From contig NIVC01002009.1 in NCBI GenBank assembly GCA_002269645.1, positions 1 to 64,000 of the forward strand: DNA of 64,000 bases, given 5' to 3'. Numbering within the stretch: position 1 is the stretch's first letter; the number at the start of each line of letters is the position of its first letter. The DNA comes from Macrostomum lignano (taxonomy: Eukaryota). Position numbers and translations under genes: made by a program. Below are positions 23,912 through 36,692 of the stretch, piece after piece. A model generated the notes under the pieces. It made no database searches and had not been told where the DNA came from. It was given only the letters and a program-made list of their open reading frames with translations.

Positions 23912-25787
23912 TTAAAAAACAGGGACGGTTCTTTCTTCAATTCGACTTCCACTCTCTGCAGTCGCGGAGGCTGTCGACGCTCGCAGAAGTGCTTCCGGCC
24001 TTCGGATGAACAACTCAAGCCGGGCCGCTGCGGCCAGACGCTCGCGTCTGGTCAGGCCTGCCAGCAAGTTGACGCGCACGTTGAAGTAGTGCGACAGTTG
24101 GCCCTCGGTCACGCGGTTGCGCAGTCGCGCCAGCAGCCTGCCGGTGCACTCGGCAGAGTCCGCCAGCTGCCAGGCAGGCCGGCCATGCGACAAGCCGCTG
24201 TCGACCTCAGCGTCGGCCAGCTCCAGCAGGCAGTGCTCGACTAAAGCGCGCCTGCCGCCGAGTTCGCGTCGGCACAGCTCGAAGACGCCGCGGCAGACTC
24301 GCATTCGCAGGCCTCGGTCGGCCCGGGCTAGGGAGGCCAGCACGGCCACCTCTTGCTTCGGGTAGCGCAGCGCCCAGCGACAAGCTTTCAGGGGATCCTC
24401 GGCGTCCGGCGTTGATGCTGCAGCAATTGGCATACCGCTGGATGTCCCTGGCGGCGCGGCATAGGCGGAGTCGTCCACATTGTCCCCGCTGCTGCCTTCG
24501 CTACTCATGCCGCTGCAACTGTCGAACGGCAGCCGCAGAGCCGGAGTGAAGCGCAGGTTGATTTTGCAAGGACTGTCGGCTTCGTCCACTGTCGGGGACT
24601 GCGGCTGCTGAAGTGCAGCAGCAAAGCAACCAGAGAAACTACTTTAACAAAATTTCACGCGATTAATATACAGTGCCGAGATAGGAATCAAGTACTTGTT
24701 TTTAATTTGACATCCCTGGCTTTTGATCCTTTGATTGATATAAAGGTTGGTACCATTTTTTCAGGTCCAAAGTCGAGATATACTGACAATGACCCAGCAT
24801 GGTTTTCTATTCATTGCGGCTATTGATTGAACTTCTAAGAAACGAACTGCTTCTAAAGTCGTCCGTGAAGATAATAGTACAACAGAAATGAGATTCAAGA
24901 AGGGCATTAATTCTTACCTCGTCATTGACAGAGTCTTCATCTTCAGCTGCCTGCAAAGGAAATGAGAACGACACGAGCCGTTCGCATGCGTCTGTCTGCG
25001 GCTCAGCGGAGCCCCCGGCCTCGTTGATGCTTCGCAACTTCAGCTCCTCCTCGGCCTGAGAAAATCCCGGCCAAGCCTCGATTGCCGCGCGGACTGTGCC
25101 GTACTCCCTGTCCAGCCGGACATTGTGCAACACTAGTGAGTCTGCGTGCTCGGACGCGACCTGCTGGAGCGCCTGTCTCACCAGCCTCAGGGTAGCCTTG
25201 AGAGCGCAGCCAGGCGTCAGAAACTGACTGTCGGGCGGCTTCAGATGGTCCAGCGGGTTCTTGTCGGAAGCTCCTCTTTTGTGCTTCTTTTCTTTGCTCG
25301 GTTTTGCTTTATTTTCTTTTCTGCCAACGGACTTCTTAGGCTTCGGAGCTTCTTTGCCGGTCCTTCGAGATCGCAGCTTCGGCACCGCCGCTGCCTGGCT
25401 CTCTAGAACCCGGATGACCACGAAGCCCGGGTCCTCGATGGAGAACTGGAGATCAGCAGGCACCGCTCCACGGGGGCCGATCGGCTGCTTGATTGGCAGG
25501 AAGATTTCGCAGCACTCTGCTTCTCCCCACACCAGGTTGCTGGCGCTGGAGGACACGAACGGCTGCTCAAAGCAGATCCGGTAGGGGTTCTTGTGCAGCC
25601 GGGCGTGGAGCTCCCGGCAGAGTTTGTCCACGCAGGACCGGTTCGCCAGGAAGCCGGACTCGGCTTCTTTCATGTCGAATGGCGGATAAACTCGGTCAAG
25701 GGACTCGGAGCTCACTTCAGAACCACTGGAGTCCATATCAAGTCGATGTCGAACGCCAAAACTGTCCTTTTTGGTCTGCATAATCAT
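23912..25787 (-). CDS. Mab-21/cGAS-like nucleotidyltransferase-fold protein, 2 exons (25787-24918, 24607-23912), ~521 aa, degenerate catalytic motifs
   Basis: DPGFVVIRV, FLTP..ALK..LRLV..AL, INLRFTPAL, RWALRYPKQEVAVL, R.RVCR...LCRREL and W....LL.RL...V..GQLSHYFNVRVNLL match Mab-21 family blocks. Phase-0 intron; start codon uncertain. Confidence 0.8.
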
Positions 25788-28269
25788 TTTGAGTGCATAA
25801 AGTAAAAGTAGTGTATTATAGGCGTAGCTGGCACAGAAGCAGCAAAAGTTTTACCTTCAGACAGACTAAAAGAAGATAAGCAAATGTTTTTACTCTTTTT
25901 TGCACCCGCGGGCTCTGCAGCCGAACAACCGCCAAACACGCAGAGCTACAAATATTTGAAGAGATTGTCCCATAGCAAGTAGCACACAAAAGCTACGGCG
26001 TAGGGGGTATTATCGCATAACAGACCAACCTGAGGCCGGGAAAGATTAGTTAGCCCCTTGGCTCTTAATAATACTATAACTTCAGGAGGGCTGCTTGTAC
26101 ATGTACCCAGCAGATCACACTTCAACTTACGCGGTGTGAAGAGCGACTGCTGACTGCTTTATGTAGGTCGCCAGCACAGCTTGGACTCTCTGTCTCGAAA
26201 TTCCTGCAATCGACGAAGGATTTCTTATAAAGTCTGAGATGGCCATCAGACGCCCAGGCAGATAGCACTGCGCAGGCATTAAGTCTTCCATTGCCAGCCC
26301 CTGTCGCCAGTTGAGTTTACACACCGGCCTATAAAAGCAGCTGCAGTCTAAGCAAGCAAGCGGGGCTGGGAAAACATTGGGTGAAATTTCATTCCCAAGC
26401 GCCACCAGGCCAGGGATGGCCTGCATGGCCCGGCGCGGGTGTTAGTTGGCAAGCGGCTTTTTGCCCAGCCTTAGACCTGACTGCAGTCTCACTGCTCTAT
26501 ACAGTAGTTGCCCGTCCATAAAAATCCCACAGCTGAGGGGAGAGGGAGCTGGAGGCTAAGAAGAGAGGACAGACAATAATTTGGCGAACACGGCTGCTAG
26601 ATAGTTCTGCACATCATTTCCACTGAGGGCAATGGAGTGGCAAAGCAAATTGCAATATGGTTAATTTTATAGCAATAATAAAAGATTAATGCATGTCATC
26701 ACTACAGGTTAAATATTGGACAAAATGCAGAGAGCCGCGCCCTGTGGCCGTATTAAATGGAGTTGAAATATTTCAAAATGCTGTACTTTAACAGGAGTGT
26801 ACTGCATACAATCGATGAAACACCATGCATGCAACCCGCTAAAAGCTCCTGGTAGAGAGGTGAGGAAAAGAATTAAGTTGCTTAAAAAGCCAGACGACAG
26901 AAGATTTCCTATACACCTCAACCCATTGGGAGCCTCTCAATGCCTCTTGCTCGGCTGCGCATCTTCCGCAGCTCACCCGCATCCATAACAGCAAGCGGTA
27001 TTGTTAGCGCACAATGAATTTGGAATTATTGTACTAAGAACAAGCTGCAGAATGGATTATGAAAGGCGAGCAGCTGAATGGCTTGAGCCTATGCAGTTTC
27101 TTAAGTTGCACGAAACCAACGATATTTCGTTAAGGGATAAACTGGAACTTTTGCCTGCATTTCCGGTATGCTTGTAAGTTGCATTACAGAGTCAGCAGCC
27201 AATAGTCCGGTAAAACAGCTGTGTGATATTCATGCAGAGGACAGCTAGCTCTTCTCTGACCAATATTACGACTGCAGTGCAGTTGAAATTGGGATTATAG
27301 CTTCGCTTTGTTGTATAGATGATCAACTCGCGCAATATGGCCCCTTGTCAATCATACGATGGTACAGCTAGCTTACCGGCTTATAGCAGTAGTTTATGAA
27401 ATCTATGCGAGGGCGCGCCTGATGCGGCCTTCTGACCTGCTGCGACTTCGACTAGCTGGGGCCACGCCATCAGGTCGGAAGCCCGCTGCCCTGGCCGCTA
27501 CGCGAACTGCTCTCTCTCACTACACCGAGCCCTCGACGCCGTCGGCAGGCGGCTGGGGGCTTGGCCGGCCCACCAGAGAAAGCGGCAGGTCCCGCCCGCG
27601 TCGTCGTTGAGATCGAGGGGGTGGACAGCGCGGTCTCTGCGGGGCACACAGGCACCGACACGAAGTGCTGCTGCTCAGCTGCAGGGACCGCGCCGGCGAG
27701 ATATCCTGACAGGCTTTTGACCGATGCCATGGCGCCCCGGACCATAGCTTGGGGAGCTGAATTTTTTTAGGGCATGGCCCAGAGACCCGCTCTCTGACTT
27801 CTCCCCCGTTTCTGGTCACTGCGTGGCAGGCGGGTGAAGTACATGTAACATGATTTTATCGCGATCCTGCAGATAATTGAACATTGCAATATCAGTTAGT
27901 CAATTTTAATTTGGATCTGAACTTACACAGTACAGTGTACATTGACTAGAGCAATCCTTGACAAGCGGAGTTACATGTACATGACATGCACTCGCGGTAA
28001 CCTGCACCGGCTTTATGATTTTATATGAAGACTCAAGACAATCAAAATTGAACCCAAGGGTTGACATGTAATTTTTCCTAATCATGAACTATCTAAACAT
28101 TTACTACTTAGCCAATTGCCTTTTAAGTAGCATTGAAAGGATTCTACATGTACATAAGCAAAAAACTACGAGCCATGTCCCGACGCAAACACTATTTTGC
28201 ACATTTTGGCAGTGGTTAGCCGTGTGGTTTTAGAATAGACCAACGGGGTGTTAGATTGTTGGTAGGTGA

Positions 28270-28828
28270 TTAATTAACGGTGGTTAGATTACCGGTGGTA
28301 GATTGGCGACTGATGGTGGTAGGTTGATGGTGGTAGGTTGACTATTGACGGTGGTAGATTGACGGGGTGGATTGGCGGTGGTAGATTGATGGTGGTAGAT
28401 TGACGGTGGTAGGTTGATTGACAATGGTAGATTGATGGTGGTAGATTGATGGTGGTGGATTGACGGTGGTAGACGGGCGATGGTAGATTGACGGTGGTAG
28501 ATTGATGGTGGTAGATTGGCGACTGATGGTGGTAGGTTGGCTATTGACGGTGGTAGATTAGCGGTGGTGGATTGGCGGTGGTAGATGGAGGGTGGTAGAT
28601 TGGCGGTGGTGGATTGGCGGTGGTAGATGGAGGGTGGTAGATTGGCGGTGGTGGATTGGCGGTGGTAGATGGAGGGTGGTAGATTGGCGGTGGTAGATGG
28701 AGGGTGGTAGATTGGCGGTGGTAGATGGAGGGTGGTAGATTGGCGGTGGTGGATTGGCGGTGGTAGATGGAGGGTGGTAGATTGGCGGTGGTAGATGGAC
28801 GGTGGTAGATTGGCGGTGGTAGATCGGT
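28270..28828. repeat. GGTGGTAGATTGGC-type minisatellite (12-15-bp subunits)
   Basis: Visible tandem array, homogeneous in its right half. Confidence 0.93.
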
Positions 28829-29530
28829 GTCATCTCGCATCACGCAGTCTTTGCTGTATCATCTGCCACTTGTTAGCAGCATAAAGACAGTGCACAATGC
28901 CAAGTGAAAATTATTCGTAAGCCGTTCTGACTGCATTGTAACACAGCTACTACTTGAGTACAACGGCAAGAAGATGCCCCTTTCTACAAGTCAACTCCCT
29001 CAGCTTAAAGGATCCCCAGTCATGCAGTGTGGCCCCGTTAGTCATAAAAGTTGAGACACCTTTGAGTGCCAGATATTTGACAGTCAAAGATTTATCGGCT
29101 TATAGGGTTTTTAAAGTCAGTCAAATTGCTTCAGTGTCAAACAAAATGAAAAAAGAAACAAAAAAGCGCATCTCCCAAAGCAAACAGTTAAACATTTACA
29201 ATCGGAAAATATGCACGACATCGATACGTTCACAACACATTAATAATAAATATATTTAAAAGCGGGTCAAACCGACCAAGCCTATACCAAATCATGCACA
29301 ATTAAACAGTTTTAATGAAAGATGAAAACAAATCAAAGCCGGATACTGAACACAAATATGGCGTCAAGCAAACAGGGGGTTACAGGCAGCTTGGGCAGCA
29401 CCAGCTTGTAGAAGACCTAGGTTCTCCAATGTTGTTTGATGTTCTTCATAAATTAATAGAAATGTAACCGCCATTGCAGCATTGACAATTCGGACACTGG
29501 CTTGGAGAATGAATGTCTAGGCCAGTCAAA

Positions 29531-32500
29531 TCAGAAGAACTTTGTCCTATTCAGCGCCTGATCTGCCACAACACTGTCGTCAGACATCAGCTTGTCCCAG
29601 TCGGTGCCGCAGGCTACAAAACCCAGCCGTTTCCGCTTGGCCTGTTCGCGCAGCTCCTCCAGATCTGCCCAGCGAACTCGCTTCCTACCGGCGGCCGTAC
29701 CGGAGTCCTCGCCGGCAGCTGGCATGCTCATGTATTCCGTCAGTAACTCGCGCGCCGATGTAGCCTTCTGCTGCTGCGACTGCGCACCCTGCTGATGCCG
29801 CAAGCCGTCCAGTCGTTCCAGCTGAGCGTCCCGATCGGCCTCGGACTCCCACTTGCTGGGCACGAACAGCCGGCCGTCTCCGGCCACCGCATCTGGCTCA
29901 GCGTCCTCCTCATTGTTGACCTCAGCGTTCCCCGCCTTGCCGCTGTCCCCAGCCTCCGCGTCGCTGGCATCGGCGTCGTCCATTTCAACCAGGGCGATGT
30001 CCGACTCCTGCAGCAGCGAGCTGGCGTCTAGCCGGCGATAGCCGCACCCGCCAACCGATGTTGTCATTGGCAACGGTTGCCAGAACTGGGCGACGGCCTC
30101 TACTTCGGCCAGACTGCGGCCGTGGATGCCGCGCTGGGCGCAGACAGCCGGCGAGGCGCCGGAAACGTCCAGAGCGAATGGCGAGTAGCCGCAGCGACTG
30201 GCAGCGCTGATGAATGGCGTCAGCTGGTCCAGCGTCTCCAGCGGGCAATCCACAATGATGAAGGGGAACAGGCCAGTCTCCAGCTGCTTGCTGAACGCTT
30301 TCAGCAGGCTGGCCCTGTACATTGGCTCTGCGTCGGCGTCGTATTCGTAGCGACCGTCCATGGTGAAATAGTCATCGATGCTGAGGATTCGAGGAGGCTG
30401 ACCGCCCTGTTAGATGTTGGGTGTGACGCGTTTGCACAAGTAAGTTCAAAGCTGTGCCTTTTCTGGGCCTTCTTCACCTTATGAAGGGGTCAGCAAACTG
30501 CGGCCCGCGAAGCCTCCTATCCGGCCCTCGGGTCCTTTGACACTTCATAATACGAAGTAGCAATCCGGCCCGCTCAAGGCTTGCGTCTTTCTATCCATTT
30601 CACTCCATTCTCTTCTCTCCTCTCCATTCTCTTCTCTCCTCTTCCATTCTCTCGTCTCCTCTTCCATTCTCTCATCTCCTCTTCAATTCTCTCATCTCCT
30701 GTCCCTTCTCTTCTCTCCTCTCCATTCTCTTATCTCCTCTTCCATTCTCTCGTCTCCTCTTCAATTCTCTAATCGCCTCTTCAATTCTCTCATCTCCTCT
30801 TCCATTCTCTAATCTCCTCTTCCATTCTCTCGTCTCCTCTTTAATTCTCTCATCTACTTTTCCATTCTTTCATCTCCTTTTCCATTCTCTTATCTCCTCT
30901 TCAATTCTCTTATCTCCTCTTCAATTCTCTTATCTCCTCTTCCATTCTCTCGTCTCCTCTTCCATTCTCTCATCTCCTCTTCCATTCTATCGTCTCCTCT
31001 TCCATTCTCTCATCTCATCTTCCATTCTCTAATCTCCTCTTCCATTCTCTCATCTCCTCTTCAATTCTCTCATCTCCTCTTCCATTCTCTCATCTCCTGT
31101 CCCTTCTCTTCTCTCCTCTCCATTCTCTTATCTCCTCTTCCATTCTCTCGTCTCCTCTTCAATTCTCTAATCTCCTCTTCAATTCTCTCATCTCCTTTTC
31201 CATTCTCTTATCTCCTCTTCAATTCTCTTATCTCCTCTTCCATTCTCTCGTCTCCTCTTCCATTCTCTCATCTCCTCTTCCATTCCCTTGTCTCCTCTTC
31301 AATTCTCGTATCTCCTCTTCCATTCTCTCATCTCCTCTTCCATTCTCTCATCTCCTCTTCCATTCTCTCATCTCCTCTTCCATTCTCTATCTCCTCTCCA
31401 TTCTCTTCTCTCCTCTCCATTCTCTTCTCTCCTCTCCATTCTCTAATCTCCTCTTCAATTTTCTCATCTCATCTCCTCTACCTTCTCTACTCTCTCCATT
31501 CTCTCATCTCCTCTTCCATTCTCTTATCTCCTCTTGCATTCTCTTATTTCCTCTCTATGTTTTTCCTCTCTTCACTACTCTGGTCCGCAGTTATGCAATA
31601 GATTCTCAATCTGGCCCCGGTGAGTAAAAAGTTTGCCGGCACCCGGCATACAGTTACACCTGTGGTGCACTTAGAAATCATAAGCCAAGCAACAAACCGG
31701 TGCTTAAAACTCGCTATGGATCACCGCTTCTATCTGAGAACCTTGAGCCATATGGAGCTCCTATTTTTTCCGATGGAGGGAGTGTGGTCAATAAAGGCTT
31801 TTGTCATCATCCATAGGGTCGAAAACTCTCAGCTACGTCCTCTATTCACTTTGCTGAAATTTAGTTTTCCACCAAGTTGATTACTTAAAGTAGAAAGGCC
31901 TGAAATTATTTAAAAGAAAAACAAACCTGTTGCATCTCTTTCTCTTTGATGAGGCGGGCCAATCTGCTTTTCCCTGCGCCAGGCAGTCCGCGCAGTAAAA
32001 TGCACAGGTTGTGCGGCCGGCTCTGCCTACCGGGCTGGCACAGCAAGCTTAACAGGTCCACCGGTGGCTCCAGAGCCGGCTGCGACGCTTCTTTCAACGA
32101 ACGAGCCGCAGCTGAAGCGAATAGCGGCTTCGGTTTTGACTGTTGCTGCGACGGCGACTGCAACTGCTGGATCTGCATCAGAGGCTGCACAGCTGGCTGC
32201 TGATCAGGCTTTGAGATCTGGTGCTGCATCAAAGGCACTGGTTGCGACTGCCGGGAAGGGCCGGCAAAGCCTTGCGCCTGGTAAGGACGACCTTGGGATT
32301 GCCAATCCTGGCGCTGGGGAGGCTGCCTACTTTTATTTGGTTGGTGGTAAGACTGATGCCGCTCATCTTGCTGTGGAGGCTGGAAGTTTGAGAAACTGCG
32401 CTGCTGCTGAGTTACTTGAGCTTGTTGAAAATTCTGGTAACCTCTGTGCGGTTCTTCACGTTTTTCACGCTCAAGCTGAACAATCCCATATGGCAAGCCT

Positions 32501-34146
32501 TGCTGCTTCGGTACCGGCTGAATTCCATATGGAATTTGCCTTTCTTCCTGTCTAGGATTCCATAATTCAGATTGTTGCTGGTTATGCTCCTGTGGCTGAT
32601 CAAGATTTTGGTATTGATTATCGGAAAGCTCTACACTGCTTTTATTCTCCTCCTGATGGCGTTGGTACAGGTGTTCTTGCTGTTGCTGGCTTAGCTGGAA
32701 TGACCTCTGTGGTGTTGGACGCTTCTGGTAATGCTGCTGATCTACATGATGCTGTTGTCCTAAACCATGCTGCTGGAACTGCTGCTCTGCATGCTGTTGT
32801 TGGAACCGCGGTTGTCCTGGATGCTGTTGTTGGAACTGATGTTGTCCTGCATGATGCTGTTGGAACTGCTGTTGTCCCGTTTGATGCTTCCGGTACTGAT
32901 CATCATAATGCTCATATTGTTGATCGTATTGCTTTTGCAGCTCATGTTCCGAATTGCCTTGCGGGTAGCGATCATGGTGTTCATAGTGCTGCTGATATTG
33001 CTCATACTGTGCATGCTGCTGCGGACGATGCTGTGCATAACGCTCTTGCTGTTCATAGTGCTGCTGGTAAGGCTTGTTCTGAATCTGGTGGTGTTGGTAA
33101 TTCTGCGCTTGCTGTGCAATCTGCTGGTACTGATCTGACTGTACCTGGCGTTCATGGTATTGATCTTTTTGTGACTGGCGTTGCTGATACTTCTGTTCTG
33201 GAACACTACGCTGTTGATGTTCCTGATCTCTATGAAACTGCTGCTGACGTTGCCCGATGCTTTCCTGATTCTGCTGGAAGCCTTGCTGCCTTTGCTGGAA
33301 GCCTTGATGCGTCTGCCGGAAACCTTGCTGATCTTGCTGGAAACCTAGCTGATCTTGCTGGAAACCTTGCTGATCTTGCTGGAAACCCGGATGCTTCTGC
33401 TGGAAACCTTGCTGCCTTTGCAGGAAACCCTGATGCTTCTGCTGGAAACCTTGCTGATCTTGCTGGAAACCTTGCTGATCTTGCTGGAAACTCTGATTCT
33501 TCTGCTGAAAACCTTGCTGCCTTTGCAGGAAACCCTGTTGATTTTGCAGACTTTTTTGCTGAAACTGTTGATCTTGATGTGTATAGAAGTCTTGCTGTTG
33601 CGAATTTTGCTCTGCACTAAGAAACTCTTGTTCACTCTGCTTGCCCAATGGGTTTGACATAGATAGTTGCTGCTGTTGCGTGCCAAAAGCAGCTGCAGGG
33701 GCTGGAGGCCGAAGGTCCATCAGTGGAACAGGCTGCTGCCTCTGCTGCAATGATGCAGGTGATGGTCTAGCAGCAAACTGAGCACTACCTATAGGCCTTA
33801 ACTGGGCTGCAGGATTCTGCTGCGTTTCAAATAAGCCTTTGCCAGATGCATTTCCGCTGGCGCCTCCAGCAATTCCCACAGGAGGATTTGGCTGCACTTG
33901 GGGGCCATCCCACTGCCGTTTCCGATTGGGCATAAGAGGAACAACCTGTTGGCCTGAGTTGGCTGGCCTTGCAGCATTAGCAAAAGCGCCAATGCCAACT
34001 GCCTGCACAGAGCCAATGGCAGCAGGAAATCCCGGCTGTAAGGGAGGTCGCCAATCCAGCAATTGAAGGGTAGAAGCAAGAATAATAAGCATCAGCATTG
34101 CTACACAAAATGAAGAGACCATTGTGATGAAAACATTGTCTACCAA
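29531..34146 (-). CDS. YLPM1: YLP motif-containing protein 1 homolog; exons ~34035/34146-31927 and 30406-29531; true 5' end uncertain
   Basis: P-loop LRGLPGAGKS..ARLIKEKE|GG.PPRILSIDDYF, YEYD...E..YRASLLK.F.K.L..G.FPFIIVD, SKWE, PP1-docking KRVRWAD, terminal ALNRTKFF. Confidence 0.9.
30484..31646. mobile_element. hAT-like non-autonomous element containing a ~1-kb 20-bp CT-rich minisatellite (TCTCATCTCCTCTTCCATTC), in the YLPM1 intron
   Basis: Ends AAGGGGTCAGCAAAC / AAAAAGTTTGCCGGCACCC; 30484-30590 is homologous to the reverse complement of 5590-5701. No TSD found. Confidence 0.7.
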
Positions 34147-34774
34147 TATTTAAAGAACAAAGAAAAATAGATTATTAAGACCCAACTTTTTATATATTAG
34201 TGCTTAGCATATCAACTTTTTGGCCCTATTAAGTTAAATACAATAAGTTGATCTAAGTTGTTCCAATAAAAGTTGATATTTGTGAGACATTTTGCAAAGT
34301 CTCTCGGCCTTCCTATAGATCCTAATGATAAATTATATCATAAGGCTAGTCAAGTAATCTAAAAATTAGAAGGTGCTTAATAGCCTTAGCTTTTTATATA
34401 AAACTGATTTTGAAAAGTTTTAAATAAAATTCAATAAAGTTTGATATTAAACAAATATATTTTTATATTTAGGCTATTTAAAATAGGCTTTTTTATACTT
34501 ATAATATGCTTTTTTAATTGTCTATTAATCTTATTCTTATATTATTTGAAAAGCTAGTTTTTGTATTTAAATTAGGGTCTATTTTGGCCCATGTCACAGA
34601 ATACATTCTATAAATCTATTTTTGTAGTATTATAAATATAATAGATAGTATCTTTACAATTACTAATAAACCAAAATCTCTACCTATAAAAATCAAAACT
34701 CTGTGTGTCTGTCTATGGACAATATTGTTCACTATGGACTCCCAAACTGCTCAACCAAAATAAGAGAGAGAGAG

Positions 34775-35230
34775 AGTAAAGAGTAGAGAGGAGAGATGAG
34801 AGAGTAAAGGAGAGAGTTGAGAGAAGGAAGTGTTAAGAGAGAGGAGAGTGAAAAATGAGAAGAGGGGAGAGAAAAGAGAGTAGAGAGAAGAGAGAAATAA
34901 AAAAAGATAAAAGAATAGAAAGGAGACAAGAGAGCAAACGAGAAAGGAGGGAAAAAGAAAATAATAGAGGAGAAGAAAGATACGAGAGGAGAGAGGAAAG
35001 AGAAAAAAAGAAAAGAGATGAAAGAGAGAGAAGAGAAGAGAGACAAGGGATGAGAGAGGAGAGAGGAAACAGAAGAGAAGATAGAAGAAGAGAAGAGAGA
35101 CAAGGGATGAGAGAGGAGAGAGAAAACAGAAGAGAAGATAGAAGAAGAGAAGAGAGACAAGGGATGAGAGAGGAGAGAGGAAACAGAAGAGAAGATAGAA
35201 GTTTCAAAGGATCCAAGGGATGTAAGGAGA
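34775..35230. repeat. GA-rich repeat with 59-bp higher-order units, ending in a hAT-family-like motif
   Basis: Polypurine run; the terminal GAAGTTTCAAAGGA is also present at 5621-5634. Confidence 0.8.
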
Positions 35231-35955
35231 GTCAGAGACAGAAGCCAAAGTTTGCCAATATATGGTTTGAGTCAAACAAACATTGCCTGACATTTTGTGC
35301 AGTATCCCAGCCAACAATTTGCCTCAAATCTTAATTTTACACAATTGTACTCTATTTTATGTTTACCTTTATCCTATTAACTATTAACAAGTCTTTGTTT
35401 GAGTATGGCCTCAGATTTCAGAATACATTAAAATTAGTTACAGGTAGGCCTATTAGAATTCCCTGGGTTCAAATAGCTTGTTCTCTAATAAAATGATAAT
35501 GTATACTTTAATATTATTTTATCTCTTATATATTGCCTAGTCATATGTAGACATTTTAATAAAAATCCAAATGTTTATATAATTAAAAAACCTCAACTAG
35601 GCCTAGGCCTAAATTTTTCAATTAGCATTTATATTAATTATAAAGACATTGTGATTAGCAAAGGGATTTGGTATTTGTTGTCTCTTTTTTGCTAAGGGCA
35701 TAAACTAGGGCATAAACAAGGGGTTTAAACTGTTAAAATTAGGCCCTAGTGTTGTGGCACTGGCCAAATGAATGAAATCAATTCACTTAAGGCGAAGGAG
35801 AGGAGAGGAGAGGTGGCTCTCAGCTACAGTGAGCTAGCCAATATATATTATCTGACTGGTATAAGCTAGATGTACATCGATGCGCGTATGTTACATAATA
35901 GCATTGAGCATGCACATTCACAACACCTAGGGCACCTAATAAGCCTTTACAAATA

Positions 35956-36692
35956 CAGGGTAGTCCAGAAAGGTCTCCCAGATTACAAATAGAGTTTTCT
36001 CAAGTCTACACTGGATTGATGGTTTGGGCTTGAAACTTGACCTGCTTAAACTTTATTCTGAATATATTTTTTTGTCTAAAAATCTTAGCAATTGCTAAAA
36101 AATCATGAAGTTACAGCAGTTTTTCTAAAAAACACTGTTTTTTGTTAAATCAGTTGGGTTTTAGCACAATCTGATATGCAGCTGTTAGTCAGTGCTCCAC
36201 ATGATGACCTTTGTTATTATCAATACAAGTCTGCAGGCACTTCTTAAAGCTATTATAAGGCTGTTGACAGCAAAGTTGACTGGTATATCCTGCATTTCCT
36301 GCATTATCCATGCCTTAAGCTCATCCAGGCTGTCCACTGGCTGTTAGTAGACATTGTCTTTCACCCATCCCCAGACACTTACAACGCCATCGCTGCTAGA
36401 CCAAAAACGGACTCTTCAATTCATCCAGCCAGGATGCCATTTTAAATCTTTCAACTGGCATGTAAGTCATAAAGCTAGAATGAAATATGCATATCAATAA
36501 GTGAAAACGGTGTTTTTTAGAAAAACTGCTGTGACTTCATGATTTTTTTAGCAATTTCTAAGATTATTAGACAAAAAAATATATTCAGAATAAAGTTTAA
36601 GCAGGTCAAGTTTCAGCACAACCTATCATTATCAATCCAGTGCAGAGAAAACTTTGTAATCCGGGTCCGGGAAACCTTTCTGGACCACACTA
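35956..36692 (-). mobile_element. Internally deleted Tc1/mariner element
   Basis: ~190-bp inverted repeats starting CAGGGTAGTCCAGAAAGG, flanked by TA. The interior encodes a transposase C-terminus VWGWVKDNVY*..LDELKAWI...KGHHVEH. Confidence 0.88.

Noticed and set aside
28541-28843. Extensin-like PPPIYH ORFs, and similar repeat ORFs at 45636-46260, 49857-50537, 56246-57213, 59074-60133 and 62924-63634
   Set aside because: Translations of minisatellites, several of which lie inside demonstrated introns.
32592-33657. Plus-strand 342-aa and Leu-rich ORFs
   Set aside because: Antisense shadows of the Q-rich YLPM1 exon.
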